The notes under the pieces: generated by a model
What the model saw: the letters and a program-made list of their open reading frames with translations, nothing else
Database searches by the model: none
Told to the model about the DNA's origin: nothing
Assembly: GCA_041690595.1 (NCBI GenBank)
Contig: JAWLHB010000016.1
Span: forward strand, 1-64,000
DNA from: Lentisphaeria bacterium
Lineage (GTDB): Bacteria > Verrucomicrobiota > Lentisphaeria > JABSQK01 > JAWLHB01
Direction of reading: 5' to 3'
Length of the DNA: 64,000 bases
In this document: positions 18,601 to 27,900 of the stretch, piece after piece
Position numbering within the stretch: position 1 is the first letter of the stretch
Layout: every line of letters begins with the position of its first letter
Translations under genes and position numbers: made by a program

Positions 18601-19631
18601 ATGAGCGGGTGAAGGTAACGCGTCTGTGCAAGTGGGCCTGCGTGGCTTGGCTTTTTGCCTGGGGAGCCATGGCGGGGGTGGAGGAGGGGGAGATTCCGAC
18701 GAGCCGGGAGCTGGCGACGCTGACACTCTTTGTGGACAACGATCTGTATATCGGCACCGACCGCTACTATACGCACGGAACGCGGATTGCGTTGATGCTG
18801 CCGGAGGTGAAGCTGGAGCAGCTTCCCTGGCCGTATCGATGGGTGGCAACGATGCTGCCGGGTGAGGGAGACGATTGGCTGAACAGCGTCGGCTTTGCGC
18901 TGGGGCAGAACATCTATACGCCGGAGGATACCCGGGTTCCGGAGCCGCTGGCGGATGATCATCCCTACGCGGGATGGGCGTATCTGGCGACGGTGCTGCA
19001 ACATCGTAACGCGACGCAGTTGCATGAGTTGGAACTAACGCTGGGGATCATCGGGCCGCCATCGCAGGCGGGGGCGGCGCAGCGGCTGGTCCACAAGGCG
19101 CGGGGCATCGAGCGGCCGGAAGGGTGGGAGCATCAACTGGACACGGAGCCGGGTGTGCTGGTGGAGTACAACTATCGGCATCGCCGGAGCTATCCGGTTG
19201 GCGATGATGGGCTGGAGGTGGATCTGGTACCGCGCTTCACGGGGCGTCTGGGCAACGTGCGGACGGAGGCGGTGGCGGGAGCGACGATGCGCTTCGGCTA
19301 CAATGTACCGGATGACTTTCACACGGTGCACCTGGATCTGGGCGGCTATGGGTATGAGCCCGACGATGTGGAGACGAACACCTTCGGCATCTATGGATTC
19401 CTGGGGGCGGCGGGCCACCTGGTGGCGCGTAACATCGTGCTTGACGGTAATACAAATGGCAACAACCGGACAGTGGAGCGGACTCCCTGGGTGGGAGAGC
19501 TGGAGTACGGGATCGGGATCCGCTACAAGCAGATGCACCTCATCTATTCCCAGGTCTACCTGACGGAGCAGTTCCGCGAGCAGCGCGGCGGCCATCGCTT
19601 TGGTTCGCTGATCCTGATGATGTCCTTCTGA
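18597..19631 (+). CDS. Lipid A deacylase LpxR family outer-membrane beta-barrel (DUF2219-like)
   Basis: DND...TDRYYTHG, GQNIYTP, DHPYAGW, GIIGPPSQAG..Q..VH, GWEHQL, ARNIVLDGN; C-terminal Phe. Confidence 0.85.
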   Translation: MNERVKVTRLCKWACVAWLFAWGAMAGVEEGEIPTSRELATLTLFVDNDLYIGTDRYYTHGTRIALMLPEVKLEQLPWPYRWVATMLPGEGDDWLNSVGFALGQNIYTPEDTRVPEPLADDHPYAGWAYLATVLQHRNATQLHELELTLGIIGPPSQAGAAQRLVHKARGIERPEGWEHQLDTEPGVLVEYNYRHRRSYPVGDDGLEVDLVPRFTGRLGNVRTEAVAGATMRFGYNVPDDFHTVHLDLGGYGYEPDDVETNTFGIYGFLGAAGHLVARNIVLDGNTNGNNRTVERTPWVGELEYGIGIRYKQMHLIYSQVYLTEQFREQRGGHRFGSLILMMSF

Positions 19632-19648
19632 GGGGAAAGAAGGCGCGG

Positions 19649-20911
19649 TCAGGTGGTTGGTTCGAGACGCTGAAGGAGGGCCGCGGGAAGGGGACGCTGG
19701 TCACGTTCCTTGCAGAGCATGGAATCGATGGCGGCGGCGAACTCGGTGGTGATGTCGGGGCGGTGGTGGATGATGGGAAGGGGGGGGGTATGGAGATGAT
19801 GATGGACCATTTCGAGGGGCGAGGAGTCGGGGTAGGGATGGCGGCCGGCAAGGAGACGATAGATGGTAATGCCGAGGGAGTAGACATCGGTGCGGATGTC
19901 GATGGCGTCGCTGCCGCGGATGTATTCGGGGGAGATGTAGAGGGGAGTGCCGCTCATGCGGTCGCTGTTGGAGAGGGTTTGTTCGTCGATCCTGCGGGAG
20001 AGGCCAAAATCGAGCACCTTGGTGATGCCCTGGCGGGTGATGAGGATGTTGCGCAGCTTGATGTCGCGGTGCATGAGGTCGTGCTCGTGCAGGTAGTGGA
20101 GGGCATGGAGAACATCGACGGCAACCATGTGGGCGGTGGCCTGATCGAAGTTGCCGGAGGTGGCGAGGATCTCTTCGAGATTGAGCCCGTCGAGGTACTC
20201 CATGACCAGGTAGTAGAGATTGTCACGTTGGCCGAAGTTGTGCATGCAGACGATGTTGGGATGCTTGAGCCGGCAATGGGCGTAGGCTTCGCGGAGGAAT
20301 CGGGAGACGAAATCGGGGGTGGCGGCGCGATCGCCGTGGAAGGTCTTGATGGCGACCTGTCGCGGGGGATCGGCCATCTGATCGCGGGCGAGATAGACGG
20401 TGGCAAAGCCGCCGGCGCCGAGGTTTCCCAGGATTTCGTAGCGCCCGGCGATGGTATCGCCGAGAGAGAGGCCGCTGGCGGTGAGGCGAGCCAGGCGCCG
20501 CTTCTTGAGGATCATGGTGACCTTGGCCAGCAGTTCGCCGTGGCCGACGGGCTTGACGAGGTAATCGTCGATCCCGAGGGAGAGGCCCTCCATGACGCAC
20601 TCTTCGGAGTCAAAGGCGGAGATGACGATGGTGGGACAGGGGGTATGATTGGGGTCGCGGCGAAGGGTGCGGATGACGTCGAGGCCGCTCATGTCGGGCA
20701 TGCCGATATCGATCAGGAGGAGACCGACATCTTCCTGGCGCATGATATCGAGGGTCGCCTTGCCGGAGCGACTGGTGAGGACGCGATAGCCGGCCCGGGA
20801 AAGCGCCCGGTGGTAAAGGCTGAGCACCAGCGCGTCGTCATCGACACAGAGGATGGTAATGGGCACCTCGGGCGGAAGGTGTGGCGCGTGGAGAGGTGCT
20901 TTGTCTGCCAT
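19649..20911 (-). CDS. Response-regulator receiver domain fused to Hanks-type Ser/Thr kinase
   Basis: REC: ILCVDDD, LLIDIGMPDMSG, ISA, YLVKP. Kinase: LGAGGFATVY, VAIK, HRDIKLRN, DFGL, GTPLYISPE, DVYSLG. Confidence 0.9.
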   Translation of the reverse strand: MADKAPLHAPHLPPEVPITILCVDDDALVLSLYHRALSRAGYRVLTSRSGKATLDIMRQEDVGLLLIDIGMPDMSGLDVIRTLRRDPNHTPCPTIVISAFDSEECVMEGLSLGIDDYLVKPVGHGELLAKVTMILKKRRLARLTASGLSLGDTIAGRYEILGNLGAGGFATVYLARDQMADPPRQVAIKTFHGDRAATPDFVSRFLREAYAHCRLKHPNIVCMHNFGQRDNLYYLVMEYLDGLNLEEILATSGNFDQATAHMVAVDVLHALHYLHEHDLMHRDIKLRNILITRQGITKVLDFGLSRRIDEQTLSNSDRMSGTPLYISPEYIRGSDAIDIRTDVYSLGITIYRLLAGRHPYPDSSPLEMVHHHLHTPPLPIIHHRPDITTEFAAAIDSMLCKERDQRPLPAALLQRLEPTT

Positions 20912-20920
20912 GGGATGGGG

Positions 20921-21847
20921 TCAGCGCTCGAAGAGCGCGTTGGCGAACATGGCGGGGTCGAATGGCTGGAGGTCATCCATGCCTTCGCCCAGGCCAACGA
21001 AGCGAACGGGCAGATCCAGTTCCTCATGGATGGCAACGACGATGCCCCCTTTGCTGGTGCCGTCGAGCTTGGTGAGGCAGAGGCCGGAGAGTTGGCCGGC
21101 GCGGGAGAACTCGCGTGCCTGGGCGAGGGCATTGCTGCCGGTGGATCCATCGACGACGAGCCAGGTTTCGTGGGGGGCGCCGGGGCATGCCTTGGCGAGA
21201 GTGCGGTTGATCTTGGCCAGCTCCTCCATGAGGCCGCGGCGGTTGTGCTGGCGGCCGGCGGTGTCGATGATCATGATGTCGAGTTCGCGGGATTTGGCGG
21301 CTTCGGCGGCATCGTAGGCGACGGAGGCGGCGTCGGCGCCATGCTGGCCGGCGACGACGGGGCATCCGACGCGGTCGCCCCAGATCTTGAGCTGCTCGAT
21401 GGCGGCGGCACGAAAGGTGTCGCAGGCGGCGAGGCCAACGCGTTTGCCATCGGCTTTCCACATGTGAGCGAGCTTGGCAGCGGTGGTGGTCTTGCCGCTG
21501 CCGTTGACGCCGACGAGGAGGATGATGCTGGGGCCGCGGTCGGAGAGGGCGATGGGGCTCTGGCTGGTCTGGCTGGTCTGGAGGGTACGGACGACATCTT
21601 CGCGGGCAACGCGGAGGATGTCCTCGGCGGTCTGGATCTCGCCATTGGTGTAGCGTTCGCGGATGTCCTCGACGAGCCGGGTAGAGACGGAGACGCCGAG
21701 GTCGCTGCCGATGAGGAGGGCCTCGAGGTCGTCATAAGTATCCTGGGTCCACTCGCCGGTATCGGTGAAAAGCGACTGGATGTTGCGCACCAGCAGGGTC
21801 TTGGTGCGTTGGAGTCCGCGCTTGAAGGAGCTGAACATCGATTTCAT
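20921..21847 (-). CDS. ftsY: Signal recognition particle receptor FtsY (short NG-only form)
   Basis: GVNGSGKTTT, DTFRAAAIEQL, DTAGR, TKLDGTSKGG, GLGEGMDDLQPF. Confidence 0.97.
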   Translation of the reverse strand: MKSMFSSFKRGLQRTKTLLVRNIQSLFTDTGEWTQDTYDDLEALLIGSDLGVSVSTRLVEDIRERYTNGEIQTAEDILRVAREDVVRTLQTSQTSQSPIALSDRGPSIILLVGVNGSGKTTTAAKLAHMWKADGKRVGLAACDTFRAAAIEQLKIWGDRVGCPVVAGQHGADAASVAYDAAEAAKSRELDIMIIDTAGRQHNRRGLMEELAKINRTLAKACPGAPHETWLVVDGSTGSNALAQAREFSRAGQLSGLCLTKLDGTSKGGIVVAIHEELDLPVRFVGLGEGMDDLQPFDPAMFANALFER

Positions 21848-22174
21848 GTGCCACGAATCCCGGCTGCAAAATGAATTCCGTCGACCGTAAGAAGAACAGT
21901 TATAATAACGTAATCCGCTGGGATTGCCAGTTCATCCGCAAGCCTTCAGAGCGAGGTGAAAGGGAGCTTCGCGGGAGGTCATGGAATGGCGCCCATGCAG
22001 CGACGGAGTTCCGCCTGGCCGTCTTGCCACGAGAGGGAGAGGCGGATGGGCTAGGGGGTTTGGTCCTCGAGGATGGGCAGATCCATTACCTGATCTTCCG
22101 CGCCACCCCCAGCCTCCAGTTGCGGGTCGGGCCGTGATGCCGGCGACCTCGGCAATTCTTGTCCAGCGTGGTGG

Positions 22175-22203
22175 TCGACAAATGGGGATGTGAGGGGTAC
22201 TAT
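22175..22203 (+). promoter_or_regulatory. Sigma70-like promoter of the M20 peptidase gene
   Basis: TCGACA-N17-TACTAT, ~57 nt upstream of ATG 22261. Confidence 0.5.
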
Positions 22204-22260
22204 GTTGGCTGCCGAGTTACCTCCATCCCGATCTCAACCCGCTGTTCATGGTGTATAACG

Positions 22261-23499
22261 ATGCCCACTTCCCAGGAAATCCGTCAGGCTGCCGAGTGGC
22301 TGCTGCCCGAGACCAGTCAATTTCTTTCCAGCCTCGTTCAGATTCCCTCCCTCTCCGGCCAGGAGCATGAGGCAATGCTTTGGCTGACTGAGCGCTTCGC
22401 CGGCCTCTCGGCAAAGGTGGAGCAGGTGCCCATGCACGATACCCTGCGGGACGATCCGGACTTCTCCGATCCAGTGCCCGGAATCGTCTATGACGGGCGC
22501 TTCAATCTGCGGCTGCGGCGCCGGGGAAGCGGCGGCGGCAAGACTCTGCTCCTCAACAGCCATACGGACGTGGTGCCACCCTCCGAGGGCATGCCGGAGC
22601 CCTTTTCCGGGCGCATCGAAAAGGGCATCCTCCACGGCCGCGGCGCCTGCGACGCCAAGGGGCAGGTGGCCACCATCTACCTCGTCAATCGCCTCCTCGA
22701 CGAGCTGGGGATCGAGCTTTCCGGCGATGTCATCAGCCATGTGGTGAATGAAGAGGAGAATGGCGGAAACGGCACCCTGGCGATGGTTCGCGAGGGCGAA
22801 AAGGCGGATGCCTGTGTCGTGCTGGAACCGACGGATGGCAAGCTCTACACCTCCATACGCGGCGCCGTCTGGTTCCGTCTCAAGCTCTTCGGCAAGGCAG
22901 GGCACAGCGGCCAGGCCGGGGTCACCCGCAGTGCGCTGCTGCTGGCCCGCGATGCCATCGGAATCCTCGAGAAGTACCACGCCGACCTCCTGGCGCGCAG
23001 CCGCGGCCTGCCCCTCTTCGACCCCTATCCCAACCCGATGCCGATCACCTTCGGCAAACTGCACGCGGGCAACTGGCCGGCATCCGCCCCGAGCGAAGCA
23101 ACCATCGAGGGAGTCCTCGGGCTGCTTCCCAACGTCACCAAGGAGCAGGTCTGCAGCGAAATGCGTCAGGCCCTCATCGCTGGCGGCGACAGCTTCCTGG
23201 CGGAGCACTTCGAGCTGACCTTCATGTACCGTCACGACAGCAGCGTAGTCGCCCCCGACCATGCCTTACCGCGGGCGCTGCTGGCAGCCGGCGAGGCCGC
23301 GGAGACGCCCCTGAAGGTCAGCGCCATGACCGCAAGCTGCGATGCGTGGTTCTACACCAATCAACTGGAGATCCCAACCGTCGTCTACGGTCCAGGCACC
23401 CTTTCGGTGGCCCATTCGAAGGACGAGCACATCGAGCTTCAGCAGATCGCGCGGGCCGCGGAAGTCCTGGTGCACACGGCTATTGCCATCTGCTCCTGA
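22261..23499 (+). CDS. M20 metallopeptidase / ArgE-DapE family deacylase
   Basis: NSHTDVV, GRGACDAKG, EEENGG, VLEP, GKAGHSG, YGPG...AHSKDE. Confidence 0.9.
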   Translation: MPTSQEIRQAAEWLLPETSQFLSSLVQIPSLSGQEHEAMLWLTERFAGLSAKVEQVPMHDTLRDDPDFSDPVPGIVYDGRFNLRLRRRGSGGGKTLLLNSHTDVVPPSEGMPEPFSGRIEKGILHGRGACDAKGQVATIYLVNRLLDELGIELSGDVISHVVNEEENGGNGTLAMVREGEKADACVVLEPTDGKLYTSIRGAVWFRLKLFGKAGHSGQAGVTRSALLLARDAIGILEKYHADLLARSRGLPLFDPYPNPMPITFGKLHAGNWPASAPSEATIEGVLGLLPNVTKEQVCSEMRQALIAGGDSFLAEHFELTFMYRHDSSVVAPDHALPRALLAAGEAAETPLKVSAMTASCDAWFYTNQLEIPTVVYGPGTLSVAHSKDEHIELQQIARAAEVLVHTAIAICS

Positions 23500-23589
23500 G
23501 CGCCACTTCCGGGGGTGCCCCTTGCCCTCGGGGCGGAAGGGCGTAAGCTTATAGTAGAACAATGCACCTTCCAGTAAGGAGAGGAGTGG

Positions 23590-24249
23590 ATGATTCTGTT
23601 CGTGGCAGACAATCACTATGGCGCCCACTGCGGCCGCAATCAGTACGAGGCCATGGGACGCCCGGAAGCCATCGAGTTTCATGAGGACGACTGGCGGGGG
23701 CTGGAGCAGCCGCTGGCGGGCCGCTGCAAGCTGCTGATCCTCAACATGATCGCCGACACCTGCCAGCTGCCCATGCCGGGCGAGGCAGCCGAACGGGAAG
23801 TCCGCGCCTACCTCGAAGCAGGCGGCAACCTCCTGCTCCTGCATGGTGCGAGCGCCGCTTTCTGGCACTGGGACTGGTGGCGGCCCCAGGTCGGCTGGCG
23901 TTGGGTGCGCCCAAACGATCCCGACGGCATCGCCCCATCCACCCATCCCAAGCGCCCCTACAGGCTCGACGTCTGCAAAGCCCGCCATCCGCTCTGCCGC
24001 CAGTTGTCCGCCATCGACCTGCCGACTGACGAGATCTACACGAATCTCGAGCAGACCCGGCCCACCCTCACCCTGATGCAGACAACCACCGACGAGGGAA
24101 CATTTCCCCAGTGCTACGAAACGACCACGGACTGGGGCGGGCGGGTGATCGGCTACCTGCCCGGCCATGCGCCGGAAGTTGTGGCGCATCCGGAGATGAT
24201 CGCCAATTGCCATACTCTGATGAACTATCTGCTGGAGCCCATCGCATGA
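23590..24249 (+). CDS. ThuA-like (class I glutamine amidotransferase-like fold) protein
   Basis: GGNLLLLHGASAAF..W, HP, TDEIY, GRVIGYLPGH; GAGGAG RBS. Confidence 0.7.
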   Translation: MILFVADNHYGAHCGRNQYEAMGRPEAIEFHEDDWRGLEQPLAGRCKLLILNMIADTCQLPMPGEAAEREVRAYLEAGGNLLLLHGASAAFWHWDWWRPQVGWRWVRPNDPDGIAPSTHPKRPYRLDVCKARHPLCRQLSAIDLPTDEIYTNLEQTRPTLTLMQTTTDEGTFPQCYETTTDWGGRVIGYLPGHAPEVVAHPEMIANCHTLMNYLLEPIA

Positions 24250-24470
24250 AACCAACCCTCCTCATCTTCCTCATCGTCATCGACCTCCTCTGCTATGTGG
24301 CAGCCGGGGTTGTCTTTCTGAACGTCGAGAACAAGGCCATGGCGTTGGTGCCGATTCTCCTGGGCGTGGCGATCAGTTCCATGATTGTCGTCCTCTACAA
24401 GGTGGCCGACAAGCGTGAAGAGGAATTGGAAGAGGACGAGATGAGCGAACGCGAGATCGACGAGAAATAG
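24246..24470 (+). CDS. Small two-TM membrane protein with acidic tail
   Basis: MKPTLLIFLIVIDLLCYVAAGVVFL...ALVPILLGVAISSMIVVLY...EEELEEDE; ATGA overlap with the upstream gene. Confidence 0.7.
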   Translation: MKPTLLIFLIVIDLLCYVAAGVVFLNVENKAMALVPILLGVAISSMIVVLYKVADKREEELEEDEMSEREIDEK

Positions 24471-24500
24471 CGCCGCCGCCGGCACAAAGGGGGGACAACG

Positions 24501-26735
24501 ATGACATTCGACCTTGATCTGAGTCTTGAGCCGCCAGTGGTTAACCATCAGCCGGGTCCGGAATATGACGACGCGGTGCGCATCGGCAACATGATCCTGG
24601 GCATCGAGCGCACGCCCGGTGGCCGCATGTGGGCCTGCTGGGTCGGCAATGGGGACAATCCCAACGGTTTCTTCATGGTCGCAATCAGCGAGGATGGCGG
24701 CGCCACCTGGCAGAGGCCCTGCCTGGTCATCGACCCAACCGATCCGCCCGGCGCTCCCCAGCGGCGTGCCCTGGTCGGCAACCTCTGGACCGATCCCCTC
24801 GGCCGCCTTTGGCTCTTCTTCGACCAGAGCTTCGGCTTCTTCGACGGCCGCGCCGGAGACTGGTACATCCGCTGCGACAATCCCGATGCGGACTCTCCCG
24901 TGTGGAGCGATCCGGTGCGCTTTGCCCATGGATGCACCCTCAACAAGCCCATCGTGCTCGGCAACGGCGACTGGCTTCTGCCGGTTGCCCTGTGGACCCG
25001 CGATCGCATCAGCCCCCCCGAACTCAAGGAGGCGCATCACGACCTCGATCCCATTCGCATGGCCAACGTCTACGTCTCCACCGACCAAGGGGAAAGCTGG
25101 AGCCGACGCGGCGGCGTCCCCTTCCCGCGGACGGATTTCGACGAGCACATGATCGTCGAGCTGCGCGATGGCCGCCTCTGGATGCTCGCCCGCACCACCG
25201 TCGGCATCGCCGAAAGCTTCTCAACCGACGCCGGCGCTACCTGGTCACCTCCTCAGCCGTGCACCATCCAGCATATCAGCGCCCGCTTCTTCATCCGCCG
25301 CCTGGCTTCCGGCAACCTGCTCCTGGTCAAGCACGGCCCAATCGTCACCCGCCTTCCGGCGCGCACCAATCTGACCGCCTTTCTCTCCGCCGATGATGGC
25401 CGGAGTTGGAGCAAGGGGCTCCTGCTCGATGACCGCGCCTGCATCTCCTACCCCGATGGCATACAGGCGCCCGACGGGCTGATCCACATCCTCTATGACT
25501 GGAATCGGCATACCGACGCCGAGATCCTCCTGGCGAGCTTCCGTGAAGCGGACATCGTCGCCGGTGCGATGCTCTCACCCGACGCCCGCGTTCGCGTGCT
25601 GGTCAACAAGGCTCACGCGCCGATACTCCCCGTATCCATCCAGCCCGATCCGGCCTGGAGCCGGCAGGCCGCCGAGGATGCCCGCCACGACTATCGCTCC
25701 ACCCCCTACGAAGGCTTTACCCCGAACCGCATGGTCTGCGACACCACCCTGCGCGAGCTGCCCGACGGCTCATGGATCCTCTTCATCCTGGCCGGCGGCG
25801 ATACCGAGCCGTCGCCCCTCAACTACACCGGCGTTACGCGCAGCCGTGACGGCGGGAGCACCTGGTCGCCGCTGGAGCGCTTCGACGTCGGCTTTCCTCG
25901 CGAAGGAACCACCATCGGTCAGGGGCCGACGGAGCTGATGGTGCGCGACGGTCGCTCCACCCTCTTCTTCTCCACCCACTCCAGACACTGGGCCAACGAC
26001 TGGCGCTCATGGTACCTCACCAGCGACGACTCCTTCACGACCTGGAGCTCTCCGCGGGAAGTGCCCGGCCGTCTTCGCGAGCGAACCTTCATCCGCAACC
26101 ACATCGTCACCCGCGACGGCCGCATCATCCTGCCCTTTCAGCATTATATCGGCCCCGACGACGAGCAGGAGATGGCCCCTCTGGATCGGGCCTTTACCAA
26201 TCCGCGCAACGGCGTCCTGATCAGCAGCGACGGCGGCCAGAGCTGGGCCGAGCATGGCAACATCCGCCTCACCCCCAACGATCGCTACTTCGGTTGGGCC
26301 GAGAACAGCATCGTCGAGTTGAGCAATGGCAACATCGCCATGATCATCCGTGCCGACAACCTTGGCGGCGTGCTCTTCTATGCCGAGTCGAAGGATGGCG
26401 GCATAAGTTGGCCCGAGTATGCCACCGTCACCAGGATACCGAATCCCGGCAGCAAGGCGACGCTTCACGCCATCGGTAGCAACGCCATCGGCCTCCTCCA
26501 CAACCCCAACCCCCGCCACCGCAGCCCGATGGCACTCTGGATCAGCTTCGACGACATGAAGAGCTGGCCCTATCAGCGCATCCTGGCGGCGGAATCCGGC
26601 GATGGCCCCGCGGGCCGCATGAACTATCCCGACGGCTTCGTCAGCAAGGATCGCCAGTGGCTCCACTTCGCCTTTGACGACAATCGGCATCGCGCCATCC
26701 ACTACAGCGCCAAGCTGCCCCCCACCGATCCATGA
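24501..26735 (+). CDS. Tandem two-domain BNR/Asp-box sialidase-like protein (GH33-like)
   Basis: Nine Asp-boxes (SEDGGATW, STDQGESW, STDAGATW, SADDGRSW; SRDGGSTW, SDDSFTTW, SSDGGQSW, SKDGGISW, SFDDMKSW) and two YPD motifs. No signal peptide. Confidence 0.85.
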   Translation: MTFDLDLSLEPPVVNHQPGPEYDDAVRIGNMILGIERTPGGRMWACWVGNGDNPNGFFMVAISEDGGATWQRPCLVIDPTDPPGAPQRRALVGNLWTDPLGRLWLFFDQSFGFFDGRAGDWYIRCDNPDADSPVWSDPVRFAHGCTLNKPIVLGNGDWLLPVALWTRDRISPPELKEAHHDLDPIRMANVYVSTDQGESWSRRGGVPFPRTDFDEHMIVELRDGRLWMLARTTVGIAESFSTDAGATWSPPQPCTIQHISARFFIRRLASGNLLLVKHGPIVTRLPARTNLTAFLSADDGRSWSKGLLLDDRACISYPDGIQAPDGLIHILYDWNRHTDAEILLASFREADIVAGAMLSPDARVRVLVNKAHAPILPVSIQPDPAWSRQAAEDARHDYRSTPYEGFTPNRMVCDTTLRELPDGSWILFILAGGDTEPSPLNYTGVTRSRDGGSTWSPLERFDVGFPREGTTIGQGPTELMVRDGRSTLFFSTHSRHWANDWRSWYLTSDDSFTTWSSPREVPGRLRERTFIRNHIVTRDGRIILPFQHYIGPDDEQEMAPLDRAFTNPRNGVLISSDGGQSWAEHGNIRLTPNDRYFGWAENSIVELSNGNIAMIIRADNLGGVLFYAESKDGGISWPEYATVTRIPNPGSKATLHAIGSNAIGLLHNPNPRHRSPMALWISFDDMKSWPYQRILAAESGDGPAGRMNYPDGFVSKDRQWLHFAFDDNRHRAIHYSAKLPPTDP

Positions 26736-26748
26736 GCGCCGCGCGAAC

Positions 26749-27900
26749 TCAGCGCACCAGGGGCGTCAGATAGGCAGCCATGATCTCCCGGCGAAGCTGG
26801 ACAAGCTGAGCTTCGAGGGCCGAGAGCGCGTGGGCATCCTCGGCTTCCCGCGCCCCATCCCAGGCGATGCTCAGATCGACCAGGCGGTCATCCAGCATCT
26901 CATGGTTGCCGGCCGGCGCAGGCAGCCAGGCAGGCGGGTCATCGAGGAGCGCTCGGTTTTCGGTGAGGAGCCGGCCGGCGCGCTCAAGGTCGAGCCTGGG
27001 CATCCACTCCATCTGGGCGAGGCGATGGGCGATGGCGTCCCGCTGCTCCTCCCAGAAGCGGTTCAAGGCATGTTCGGCAGGCTCCTGGCGGAAGTAACCG
27101 ATCGCCGCGCTCCAGGCCCCCTCGGGCTCGCGCGGAATGGCCGTGACGTTGACGCCGTAGGTTCCGGCCACCGTGACTTTTGCCGCCTGCTCCGGATCGT
27201 AAACCAGGAGACTGCCCGCATCGGTCTGGCTGTACTGATTATAGAGCGCCAGCGCATTGGCCGTGGCTGGCGGCTGAAAGCTGCCAGTGTGCAGGTTGTG
27301 AACCGTGACACCGTCGCCAACCATGCGGCGGCGTTCCGGCGGACCGCTTGTGTTGCCCGGATAGGCGCTGAGTGATATGCGGGCGATGGTCGCCTCCCCC
27401 TCGATCCATGTCCGGATAAAGAGCCACTGCTCGAAAGCAGGATCCTGGATGACCCGCAGCACCAGTCGGGGCGCATCCTCGAGCGACGGATCGACAAGGG
27501 GCCAGATGAAATCGACCACATGACGCGGCTGCCGCTCCAGCAGGTACACCGCTTCGAGGGCATAGCGCTGGCTCCCCGCAAAGCTCTCGCCCGCCAGCTC
27601 GACATGGGCTTCGAAAAAGCGCCAAATATTCCAGCCGCCGTTCCCCACGCGCCCGAAGGAGAGCCCGAAGCGATTGTCTCCCTGCTCCTGGAGGCAGATG
27701 TGGGGCTGATCCTCCCGAACATACGCCTGGTAGTCGAAGGTCGCCCCCGGCATGGTGACCAGCGTGTTCAGTCGGCGCGCGTTGGTCCCGCGCTTGGGGT
27801 CCGCCTCGTCGTTCTGGATGATGATGACCCGCTCCGCCCCCAGCGCCGCCAGCGACAGGCAGAGCATCACCATCTGGAAGATGGGGCGCGGCCCCTTCAT
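26749..27900 (-). CDS. Secreted hypothetical protein
   Basis: Signal peptide MKGPRPIFQMVMLCLSLAALGA; ATGA coupling to the upstream gene; no recognised family. Confidence 0.7.
   Translation of the reverse strand: MKGPRPIFQMVMLCLSLAALGAERVIIIQNDEADPKRGTNARRLNTLVTMPGATFDYQAYVREDQPHICLQEQGDNRFGLSFGRVGNGGWNIWRFFEAHVELAGESFAGSQRYALEAVYLLERQPRHVVDFIWPLVDPSLEDAPRLVLRVIQDPAFEQWLFIRTWIEGEATIARISLSAYPGNTSGPPERRRMVGDGVTVHNLHTGSFQPPATANALALYNQYSQTDAGSLLVYDPEQAAKVTVAGTYGVNVTAIPREPEGAWSAAIGYFRQEPAEHALNRFWEEQRDAIAHRLAQMEWMPRLDLERAGRLLTENRALLDDPPAWLPAPAGNHEMLDDRLVDLSIAWDGAREAEDAHALSALEAQLVQLRREIMAAYLTPLVR

Noticed and set aside
21871..22137. 88-aa ORF in the divergent spacer
   Set aside because: No RBS, overlaps the expected ftsY promoter region, and has no recognisable motif.
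22183..22210. dif site at the skew switch (CTATGTTGGCT resembles a XerD arm)
   Set aside because: The XerC arm matches poorly, and the bases are better explained as the TACTAT -10 box of a well-spaced promoter.
21848..22260. oriC or SRP RNA (ffs) next to ftsY
   Set aside because: No TTATCCACA-like boxes, no dnaA/dnaN, and no SRP core motif (CAGG..GGAA..AGCAG) found by eye; a covariance-model search would settle it.
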